From Gemmatimonadales bacterium (GTDB lineage Bacteria > Gemmatimonadota > Gemmatimonadetes > Gemmatimonadales > GWC2-71-9): 49,446 bases of DNA. Below, in pieces: positions 8,707-16,509 of this stretch; position 1 is the first letter of the stretch, and each line of letters begins with the position of its first letter. The DNA lies in NCBI GenBank assembly GCA_036506575.1, contig DASXRM010000043.1:1-49446 (forward strand). The letters run 5' to 3'. The notes beneath the pieces were generated by a model. It had not been told where the DNA came from and ran no database searches. It saw only the letters and a list, made by a program, of their open reading frames with translations. The position numbers and the translations under genes were made by a program.

Positions 8707-9899
8707 CCACCTTCTTCGGGTGGGTTGGAGAGGATCTCCTCCAGCGCCTGGATTACCGCGTCCATGTCATCGGCCGTGCCGATCGAAATCCGCAGACAAT
8801 CGGCCAGCTCAAGGGAGCTCGATAGGTCTCGTACCAGGATACCATAGTCCTGGTGCAGGCGATGGAAGAGTTGGGTTGCCGAGATGGCCTGACAGCGGAT
8901 CAGCACGAAGTTGGCCGCAGACGGATACACCGAGACACCTGAGACCCGGCGCAGGCGAGCCACGAATCGCTCGCGCGTGCCGATAACCTCGTGGGTGCGG
9001 GCGGTCAGCATCGAGGCGTGCCGCAGGGCGACCCGAGCGGCCGCCAGGGTTATCAGGTTCACGTTGTAGGGCAGCTTTCCCTTGGCGATCTCCCGAGCCA
9101 CAGCCGGATGCGCCAGCGCCACGCCAAACCTGAGTCCGGCCAGCCCCAGCGCCTTGGAGAAAGTCCGGAGAACGACCACGCGCGACGAGTGCCGGAGCAG
9201 TGGGATGGCGCTGGGGCCGCCGAAGTCCTGATACGCTTCATCGCATACCACCAAGGCATCGGTTGCATCGAGAACCCGTTCGACAGCACCCTCGGGGAGC
9301 GCCGAACCGGTCGGATTGTTGGGAGAGTTGAGCACCACGACCCTGGCGTGCTCCCGCCGGGAAGTCTCGATCAGCCGATCGACATCAAAGACGTAAGCTT
9401 CTCCCAGCGGCACCGGTAGGTAGCGCCCGCCCAGCACGCCGGTCAGCAGACGGTACAGCGAGAAGGTCGGTGATGGCGCGACAACCACATCGCCGGCGCC
9501 GAGCGTCACGGCAAGAGTCGCCTGGATCAGCTCGTTCGAGCCGTTCCCCACCAGCACGCCGTCCGGCAGCCATCCATACTGCGCCGCCAGCGCCGACTGA
9601 AGATCGCGCGGCACGAACTCCGGGTAGCGCTGCCAAGGCCGTCCGGCGACCTGATCCCACACTTCCCGCTTGAGCTCGGCGGGGAAATCGAACGGCGACT
9701 CGTTCTGGTTGAGCTTCCGTCGAGCCGCCGGAGCGGCCAACGAGTAGCCCGCCTGGCCGCGCACGGACGGCTTGATCAGCTCGAGGCCGTCCGATGCCGG
9801 CGGCGAGCCCACCGGGCCGGGAGCGTCGAGCGAAGGATTGGTGGGCTGGGTGGGTACCCGCTGAGCGGGGGATGGCGGCGGGGTACGCGGCCGGGTCAA
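8697..9899 (-). CDS. hisC: Histidinol-phosphate aminotransferase
   Basis: KLNQNESPF, GNGSNELI, NSPNNPTG and TFSKALGLAGLRFG (PLP lysine motif). The start as given is a TTG overlapping the stop of the upstream ATPase. The Pro-rich first ~40 aa may not be translated, so the start is uncertain. Confidence 0.88.
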   Translation of the reverse strand: MTRPRTPPPSPAQRVPTQPTNPSLDAPGPVGSPPASDGLELIKPSVRGQAGYSLAAPAARRKLNQNESPFDFPAELKREVWDQVAGRPWQRYPEFVPRDLQSALAAQYGWLPDGVLVGNGSNELIQATLAVTLGAGDVVVAPSPTFSLYRLLTGVLGGRYLPVPLGEAYVFDVDRLIETSRREHARVVVLNSPNNPTGSALPEGAVERVLDATDALVVCDEAYQDFGGPSAIPLLRHSSRVVVLRTFSKALGLAGLRFGVALAHPAVAREIAKGKLPYNVNLITLAAARVALRHASMLTARTHEVIGTRERFVARLRRVSGVSVYPSAANFVLIRCQAISATQLFHRLHQDYGILVRDLSSSLELADCLRISIGTADDMDAVIQALEEILSNPPEEGGRR

Positions 9900-12133
9900 G
9901 CGCGGTGGCGGCCGAGGACCGCCTCGAGCCGTGCCGTGAGCGAGCGGGCCCGGAACGGTTTGGTGACGAAGTCGTCGGCGCCCAGCTCGAAGACCCGCAC
10001 CTCGTTGTCCTCGTCGCCCTTCGCCGTGAGAACCATGACGGGAATCTCCCGGGTCGCGGGGCGGGAGCGGAGTTGGGCCAAGACCCCATAGCCATCGAGC
10101 CCCGGCAGATTGAGATCGAGAATGATCACGTCGGGGGCGAAGCGATCGACTTCGTCCAGTGCCTGGATTCCGTCCCGTGCTTCGGCGACCCGGTAGCCCT
10201 CGCGTTGGAGCAGATCTTTCATGACCCGGCGCAGCTGCTCCTCATCCTCGACCAGGAGCACGCAGGCCCCCTTGCCCCGTCCACCCGACACGATGCCATC
10301 GGTTGCGGTCGGCTCCTCGAGGAGCTCCATCTCCATCGATATCTCATGGGCAGCAGGTTCGGGAGCCACCGTGGCGGTTGGCGCGGGTGATGCGGTCCGG
10401 CTCCCGCGGGCAGTCCGCCGTGATGGGATCGGCTCGGGTGTTCTCGCCGGCGCCTCCTGAGGCGCATCGGTGACTCGGAGTAGCTCCTCGAGGGTGGATT
10501 CTCCCGCCAGGACATGGCGGAGGCCGCTACCCCACAACGAGCGCATACCCGCCGCACGAGCCGCTTCGGCGATCTTCTCCGCGGTGGCGCCCTCGCCGAT
10601 CCGGCGCTCGAGCTCCGGGTTCATCGTCAGCACCTCGACGATGCTGAACCTCCCCCGATACCCCGTCATGGAGCACTCCGAGCAGCCCACCGCCTGGTAC
10701 AACGTCACCCCTTGAGGGACGAACCGCGCCAGGCGCTCGCTGACCGGCTCGGTGGCTTCGATCCGGCAGGCGCGACACAGGCGGCGCATCAGGCGTTGGG
10801 CCACCACGCCGCGCAGGGCCGGCGCGATCTTGTACGCCTCCATTCCCATATCCACCAATCGGGTCACCGCATTGGGTGCGTCGTTGGTGTGGAGGGTGGA
10901 GAGAACCAGATGGCCGGTGAGCGAAGCCTGCAGCGCGATCTGGGCGGTTTCCTTATCGCGGATCTCTCCCACCAGGACCACGTCGGGGTCCTGCCTCAGG
11001 ATGGACCGCAAGGCGGCGGCAAAGGTCAGTCCCGCCTTCTCGTTTACCTGAACCTGGACGATGTTCTGGCCCAGCCGATACTCGACCGGGTCCTCCACCG
11101 TGACGATGTTGATACCTTCACCCTGCACCACACGGAGAGAGGAGTACAGCGTGGTGGTCTTGCCGGATCCGGTGGGGCCGGTGACCAGGATGATCCCTTC
11201 TTTGTAACCCAGCAGCTTGCGGATGGCCTGTTGCTCGTCTTCCGCCAACCCCAGGCTGTCGAGAGCGAGGTTGGTCGCTTTCTGGCTCAAAATCCGGATG
11301 ACGACTTTCTCGCCCAGCGACGCGGGCAATGTCGACACCCGAAGGTCGATCGCTTCTCCGTTCACCGAGATCCGCGCCCGGCCATCCTGAGGCCGGAGCC
11401 GGTCGGCGATATCGAGCCCCGACATGATCTTGACCCGGGAGATCAAGGGCACGCCGGCACTGCGCGGGATCTTCATGATCTGCCGCAGAACGCCGTCGAT
11501 CCGGTAGCGCACGACAACGCCACCCTCGATCGGCTCCACGTGAATGTCGCTCGCCCGGTTGGTTACCCCATCTGCGATCATGGTGTCCACCAACCGCAGG
11601 ATCGGCCGCTGGCTGGCCTGCTCCGCGCTGGCGGCGCTCTCCTCATCCTCCTTGATCTGCTCTACCTCGAAGTCGCTGCCGATGCCTTCGAGAAGCCGGG
11701 TGACTGCTGTCTCGGTATCGCGGTAAAGCTCGTCGAGCTTCTCCCGGATCTTCGATGGCGAGCCCAGGAGCATGCGAACCTCACGCCCCGTGGCGAACGC
11801 CAGCATCTTCTCGGCGTCCATGTCGAATGGGTTGGCGGTCGCCACCTCGAGATACGAGTCGGTCTGCCGCACCGGAACGACGTTGAACCGGCGGGCCAAC
11901 TGCTCGGGTACGGTGGTAATCAGCTTGGGGTCGGGCTTCGACAGGTCGGCGATCTGGAAGCGAAACCGCGCGGCGATCGCGCCGAGAATCTGCTGGTCGC
12001 TGGCCAGCTTGCGCTGCACCAGTAATTCCCAGAGGGACACGGCAGGCCCCTCCTCTTCCCGCAACGTCTTGACAGCTTCATCGGACAGGAGGGTCTCGAT
12101 GGAGGGGACCAACCATTCATCGGTGAACTGCAT
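9896..12133 (-). CDS. PilB/GspE-family secretion/type IV pilus ATPase fused to a C-terminal CheY-like receiver domain
   Basis: ATG at 12133 (MQFTDEW...) with a T2SSE N-terminal domain. Walker A GPTGSGKTTT, Walker B/His box DPDVVLVGEIRD...STLHTNDA, tetracysteine CRACR...GCSECSMTGYRGR. Then a Pro/Ala-rich linker and a receiver: VLLVEDEE...DVIILDLNLPGLDG...VMVLTAKGD...GADDFVTKPF. Confidence 0.85.
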   Translation of the reverse strand: MQFTDEWLVPSIETLLSDEAVKTLREEEGPAVSLWELLVQRKLASDQQILGAIAARFRFQIADLSKPDPKLITTVPEQLARRFNVVPVRQTDSYLEVATANPFDMDAEKMLAFATGREVRMLLGSPSKIREKLDELYRDTETAVTRLLEGIGSDFEVEQIKEDEESAASAEQASQRPILRLVDTMIADGVTNRASDIHVEPIEGGVVVRYRIDGVLRQIMKIPRSAGVPLISRVKIMSGLDIADRLRPQDGRARISVNGEAIDLRVSTLPASLGEKVVIRILSQKATNLALDSLGLAEDEQQAIRKLLGYKEGIILVTGPTGSGKTTTLYSSLRVVQGEGINIVTVEDPVEYRLGQNIVQVQVNEKAGLTFAAALRSILRQDPDVVLVGEIRDKETAQIALQASLTGHLVLSTLHTNDAPNAVTRLVDMGMEAYKIAPALRGVVAQRLMRRLCRACRIEATEPVSERLARFVPQGVTLYQAVGCSECSMTGYRGRFSIVEVLTMNPELERRIGEGATAEKIAEAARAAGMRSLWGSGLRHVLAGESTLEELLRVTDAPQEAPARTPEPIPSRRTARGSRTASPAPTATVAPEPAAHEISMEMELLEEPTATDGIVSGGRGKGACVLLVEDEEQLRRVMKDLLQREGYRVAEARDGIQALDEVDRFAPDVIILDLNLPGLDGYGVLAQLRSRPATREIPVMVLTAKGDEDNEVRVFELGADDFVTKPFRARSLTARLEAVLGRHRA

Positions 12134-12204
12134 GACGACTCTGATGACGAGGCAGAAGGATGGGTGGCCCTCGGGGGGAAGCCACTCGGGCAAAGATAAG
12201 AAGG

Positions 12205-14286
12205 TTACAGCAGGCCCCACCAGTCCCGATTGAAGTCCACGGTCACGCCGACGTGACCATCCCTCAATCCCACCCCTGCCTCGACCCGGATTAGGCGCAT
12301 GAACCATTCGATGGCAAGACCGGCCACCGGGCGAACGCCGGCGCTTCGATTCCATGGCAGACCGATAAGTGGCCGCCCGGTATACCCTGCGGCCAGGAAA
12401 GGAGCCACGGTCATGTGCCGGCCGGTGGATGCGAAAGAGCCCAGGGAGATTGCGGGAACGGGTACCTCGAGGCGCCACTCGACATGTGCCAGAGCCACCT
12501 CTCTACCCCCGTACGCCCGAAAGGGCTCGCCTACGAGGGTTCCGCGTCCTCCGAGGACGAAGCTCCGGTACGCCGGAAGCCCGCCGCTACCCAGACCGAA
12601 ATACCCTCGCGACAGCAACTCGCTCCTTCCCAGACGCGCGAGCCAGCGTCCCTCGGCAGTGGCTCGCAGGTACTCGCTGGATCCTTCTCCGGCCTCGAGC
12701 GAGACTCGTCCCTGGAGATCGCGATGAAGAGCGATGCCGCCACTGGCGCGCTCCAGCCCGAACCGCAGCAACCGGTGACTCCCCCCACCAAGCGGAGGGT
12801 TCGGGCGGTACCGGCCAGTGGCTGGTGATGCCCGGGTCGTCACCGAGTGGCTCTCTTCCACGCCCAGGCCTGCCATCAGCCAGGTACGCCCGCCAAGGCG
12901 GTGTCGCATTCCGAGATCGACGGCGTGGATCAGGACATAGTCTCCATAGTCCTTGCCCGCTTCTTGGGCCGACAGGGAGTTCACCAAAGGGGCTACGACC
13001 GGCAGATCACTGAAATCCGTGATCCGGCGAGAGGCACCGATGCTGAGCTGAGTGGCTCCCGTGCTCCAGCTCGCGGTTGCGGAGCCAAGCAGCCGGTGGT
13101 CGGAAGTGCCATACGCGATCGAGGGGCGAAACTGGATCCGGCTGCCTTCGAGCCCGGCGGCCCCGCCGAACCCGAGCGTGAGACCCTGCACCCGGGTCAC
13201 CCGTGCCACATCGCTCAGCGATCCGGTTGCGAGCCGGCTGGATGGCAGCCCGATGAGCGGCCGGGATCCCGCGATCCGCTCCACTTCTCCCCGAAGCGCC
13301 TCCATGTCTTGCCGGTTGACCGGCTGGGCTACCCCCGCGATAGCCTGCTCGAGCGGTTCATTCCAGCCCGAATTACCCCCCGGACGCAGCAGCCCGCCGA
13401 TCGCCGGACGCGCGAAGATGCCGGCCGGGAGCTCGGGATTCAAATCGTAGCTGTGGATCTCCCAACGTCCCCGGATGATTCCCCGCGCAGGAAAGTCGAG
13501 CCAGGTGGCCCGGCGGCGGATCTCGACCTCCTGGCGATAAGGCAACCAGAACCGATTCTCATACAAGGCGTTTTCCAGGACGACGCTGATGTCTTCCAGA
13601 TGGCGGTCGAGGTAAGCTACCGGGGTAAAGCTGAATCGAAAGCGAACCAGTTCAGCGGTCGCGACATCCAGGTAGAGCGTCCCTACCACGAGCGGGTGGG
13701 CAAAGGACCGGGGCCGGACCTGAATCTCGTAGACCGTCACCTGTCCAGTTGCGCTCCGGATCGCCGCCGAGTCGGACAGCGCGTAATCGTAGGCGGCGAT
13801 CCCCGCGGGCGAGAGTGGATGAGCTACGTCACGGACTTCATCGCCCTCACCGATGCGGATGACGTTGCCGAAGTTGTTAGTGACGATCCCCAGGTGGTCA
13901 CGGTGGTAGTTGATGTCGGTGGGCAGGAAAGTCCCATCGCGCCAGCCTAGTATGACCTGCTTGCTGTGATCGGGGGCCTGCCAATACACTTCCACGTCGA
14001 GCTCGTCCGCCTTGACCAGGCGCGGCGGCTCGGTCAAGCCCTCTCCCACCTGGGCCAGGAAAAAGACAAACCCGTGGGCTCGAGCGCGGTAGCTGGTGAG
14101 CGCCGAATCCGCTTGCACCGCCAGCCTGCGATCCACTGCGCGCCGCACCAGGGCGAGCGTCTCGGGAGTGTTCCAGGTTTGGGAGGTGAGAGGTGAGACG
14201 TAAGAGGTGAGAAGGATGCCGGTTATCACCACAGCTAAGGGCCAGGATACCCCTAGGCTTGCCCAGATGCACCTCTCACCTCTCAC
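12205..14286 (-). CDS. Omp85/BamA-family (bacterial surface antigen) outer-membrane protein, atypical N-terminal half
   Basis: The C-terminal ~300 aa resemble the surface-antigen beta-barrel (...YRSFVLGGRGTLVGEPFRAYGGREVALAHVEWRLEV...GLAIEWFMRLIRVEAGVGL...). The predicted signal peptide is encoded by the spacer and arm of repeat copy 3. The GTG start at 14286 is uncertain. Confidence 0.6.
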   Translation of the reverse strand: MRGERCIWASLGVSWPLAVVITGILLTSYVSPLTSQTWNTPETLALVRRAVDRRLAVQADSALTSYRARAHGFVFFLAQVGEGLTEPPRLVKADELDVEVYWQAPDHSKQVILGWRDGTFLPTDINYHRDHLGIVTNNFGNVIRIGEGDEVRDVAHPLSPAGIAAYDYALSDSAAIRSATGQVTVYEIQVRPRSFAHPLVVGTLYLDVATAELVRFRFSFTPVAYLDRHLEDISVVLENALYENRFWLPYRQEVEIRRRATWLDFPARGIIRGRWEIHSYDLNPELPAGIFARPAIGGLLRPGGNSGWNEPLEQAIAGVAQPVNRQDMEALRGEVERIAGSRPLIGLPSSRLATGSLSDVARVTRVQGLTLGFGGAAGLEGSRIQFRPSIAYGTSDHRLLGSATASWSTGATQLSIGASRRITDFSDLPVVAPLVNSLSAQEAGKDYGDYVLIHAVDLGMRHRLGGRTWLMAGLGVEESHSVTTRASPATGRYRPNPPLGGGSHRLLRFGLERASGGIALHRDLQGRVSLEAGEGSSEYLRATAEGRWLARLGRSELLSRGYFGLGSGGLPAYRSFVLGGRGTLVGEPFRAYGGREVALAHVEWRLEVPVPAISLGSFASTGRHMTVAPFLAAGYTGRPLIGLPWNRSAGVRPVAGLAIEWFMRLIRVEAGVGLRDGHVGVTVDFNRDWWGLL

Positions 14287-14320
14287 CTCTCACCTCTCAC
14301 TCGATGCACCTCTCACCTCT
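14181..14320. repeat. Microsatellite-armed inverted repeat, copy 3: GGTGAGA-type arm 14181-14215, 54-nt spacer, CTCTCAC-type arm 14270-14320
   Basis: Read directly; about 25 of 28 arm positions are complementary. It lies across the 5' ends of two divergent ORFs. Confidence 0.85.
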
Positions 14321-14932
14321 GCCGCTCGAGCAATATTTCATGACCGGATAGCCCCGGTAACCTGGCTCGTGCTCATCGGGTTTGCTACCCTCGGGGGCTG
14401 CGGCACCAGGCCAGCCAGCGCGCCCGCGACACCCCCCGCAGCCGGGCCGACCCCCGCCCGCATCCTGTCGCTCGCCCGCGTCATCGTGCTCGAAACCTCA
14501 GGCCCGCCGCCCTCGGATACGTCGGTGAGCTTCACGACCGGCACTCCGCGAACTATCGTGCTCCGCCACGGCCCGCCGGAAAACGTCGTCTTTGCCAAGC
14601 TGAGCCTTCCCGCTGCCGCATTCGCCGACAGCGGGCGTACGGTCACGGTGGACGTGCGCCCGCGGCCCGGCGTATACGGCCTCGACCTCAGTACCAGTAT
14701 GCCGCTTCGGGGTGGCGCGACCATCACGTTCGACTATGCCCGTTATTTCTCTGCTCCCGCCCGAGCCCGCCAGGTCTATCACACCGATGTGGCGTTCGAG
14801 GGCGCGCTCGCGGTAGGACGAATATTGCCGGACAACCAGATCGAGCTCTTGCCTTCGACCCACCCCGCGCCCGATAACCTGGCCGCCGGGCTCCCCGCGC
14901 CCGGGAGCTACCTCGTGGCGGCGCCACAGTGA
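14267..14932 (+). CDS. Hypothetical lipoprotein (lipobox LGGC)
   Basis: ORF with ...VTWLVLIGFATLGGCGTRPAS. The stop overlaps the trpE GTG (GTGA). The start is ambiguous (ATG 14267 or GTG 14207), and both lie inside repeat copy 3. Confidence 0.4.
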   Translation: MHLSPLTSHLSLDAPLTSAARAIFHDRIAPVTWLVLIGFATLGGCGTRPASAPATPPAAGPTPARILSLARVIVLETSGPPPSDTSVSFTTGTPRTIVLRHGPPENVVFAKLSLPAAAFADSGRTVTVDVRPRPGVYGLDLSTSMPLRGGATITFDYARYFSAPARARQVYHTDVAFEGALAVGRILPDNQIELLPSTHPAPDNLAAGLPAPGSYLVAAPQ

Positions 14933-16461
14933 TCTCCACCTTCGAGAGCTTTGTCGAGCAAGCCCGACGCGGCGGAATGGTACCGGTGACGCGCCAGGTG
15001 GTCCTCGACGGCGAGACGCCGGTAACCGCGTTCGCCAAGCTGCATCGCGGCCGGTACGGTTTTCTCCTGGAGTCGTTGGAGGGAGGCGAGCGCTGGGCCC
15101 GATACACCTTCCTGGCCACGGACCCCAAGGAGGTCTTTTGCTATCGGGGGCGCGAATGCTCGAGCTGGACCCCCGATAGCGGTTGGAGGATCGTGGAAAG
15201 GGACGTTGCCCCGCTGGATCACCTGGGGCGCACGATGCGGCGGCATCCGCCGGTCGAGGTCCCCGGCCTCCCGCGGTTCACCGGAGGGGCCGTCGGTTAC
15301 CTCGGTTATGACATCGTCCGAAGCATCGAGTCCCTGCCCGATGCCCCTCCGGATGATCGGGAACTTCCGGACGCAATCCTGATGCTGGTCGACACCCTGC
15401 TCGTCCTGGACAATCTGTTCAACCGGGCGACCGTCATAGCCAGCGTGGAGGTGCCGATCGGGGCGGCCGAAGCCGATCTGCGCCGGCTGTTTCTCGAGGC
15501 GGTGTCCCGAATCGAGTGCTGGCTCGATCGGCTCGCGACTCCGAGCACCGTCACCGCGCTGGAGATCGAGTCGCTACCGGAGCCGCCCACCGCGACCGGC
15601 CCCTATGCCAACGATCGCTTCCAGCACGACGTGCGCCGGATCAAGGAGTACATTGCAGCCGGCGATACCTTTCAGACCGTGCTCTCCCGGCGGCTGGACC
15701 TCGCGGCGCCTGAGCCCCTGCTCACCTACCGCTACCTGCGAGCGCTGAATCCGGCTCCCTACCTGTACTACCTGCATTGCGACGAGGTACATATCATCGG
15801 CAGCTCGCCGGAGATCCTGGTTCGGGTCGAGGATGCGGAGGTCACGGTCCGGCCGATCGCGGGCACCCGCCCGCGCGGTATCACCGCCGAGGAGGATGTC
15901 GCCCTTGCCGACGAGCTGGCGGCCGATCCCAAGGAGCGGGCCGAGCATCTCATGCTGGTGGACCTGGGCAGAAACGACGTCGGCCGCGTGGCGGAGTTCG
16001 GTACCGTGCGACTCACCGCATTCATGGCCATCGAGCGCTACTCCCACGTGATGCACCTGGTGAGCGAGATCCGAGGCAGGCTCCGGCCCGAGCTCGACGC
16101 CATCGCCGCGCTGACGGCCTGCTTCCCCGCGGGCACCGTCTCCGGCGCACCGAAGGTTCGGGCCATGGAGATCATCGATGAGCTGGAGCCGGTACGACGC
16201 GGGCCATACGCCGGCGCCGTAGGCTATGTGGGCTGGGGAGCGCGCACTCTCGATACCGCCATAGCAATCCGAACCTGCGTCATCAAGGACGGCCGGGCCT
16301 GGGTCCAGGCCGGCGCGGGCATCGTGGCCGATTCCGATCCCGCGGCGGAATGGCGGGAGACCGAAGCGAAGGCCCGCGCCGTCCTGCTCGCGTTGGCGCT
16401 GGCGGGAAGGACGGGAAGGACGGGAAAGACGGGAACGACGGGAACGGAACGCACCAGCTAA
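14929..16461 (+). CDS. trpE: Anthranilate synthase component I
   Basis: N-terminal ...ARRGGMVPVTRQVVLDGETPVTAFAKL; chorismate-binding motifs SPEILVRV, AGTRPRG, LMLVDLGRNDVGRV, GAPKVRAMEIIDELE, GPYAGAVGY. The last ~20 aa (GRTGRTGKTGTTGTERTS) are encoded by the left arm of repeat copy 4. Confidence 0.92.
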   Translation: MISTFESFVEQARRGGMVPVTRQVVLDGETPVTAFAKLHRGRYGFLLESLEGGERWARYTFLATDPKEVFCYRGRECSSWTPDSGWRIVERDVAPLDHLGRTMRRHPPVEVPGLPRFTGGAVGYLGYDIVRSIESLPDAPPDDRELPDAILMLVDTLLVLDNLFNRATVIASVEVPIGAAEADLRRLFLEAVSRIECWLDRLATPSTVTALEIESLPEPPTATGPYANDRFQHDVRRIKEYIAAGDTFQTVLSRRLDLAAPEPLLTYRYLRALNPAPYLYYLHCDEVHIIGSSPEILVRVEDAEVTVRPIAGTRPRGITAEEDVALADELAADPKERAEHLMLVDLGRNDVGRVAEFGTVRLTAFMAIERYSHVMHLVSEIRGRLRPELDAIAALTACFPAGTVSGAPKVRAMEIIDELEPVRRGPYAGAVGYVGWGARTLDTAIAIRTCVIKDGRAWVQAGAGIVADSDPAAEWRETEAKARAVLLALALAGRTGRTGKTGTTGTERTS

Positions 16462-16497
16462 CCTTCCCGCCCTTCCCGACCTTCCCGACCTTCCCGC
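16402..16497. repeat. Microsatellite-armed inverted repeat, copy 4: GGGAAGGAC-type 9-mers 16402-16447, 14-nt loop, GTCCTTCCC-type 9-mers 16462-16497
   Basis: Read directly. The loop contains the trpE stop codon. The right arm is followed by ATATTTTCC and, 12 nt later, the ATG of the FHA-cyclase gene. Confidence 0.85.
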
Positions 16498-16509
16498 ATA
16501 TTTTCCACC

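Noticed and set aside
10514-12025. Long (300-500 aa) ORFs antisense to well-supported genes. Examples: 2885-4072, 10514-12025, 12847-13950, 15574-16971, 17014-18165, 24125-25177, 30151-31332, 31619-32851, 38674-39618, 45575-46942.
   Set aside because: Their translations are Arg/Gly/Pro/His-rich with no recognisable motifs. Each lies opposite a CDS with unambiguous family signatures. Open antisense frames are expected by chance at this G+C content.
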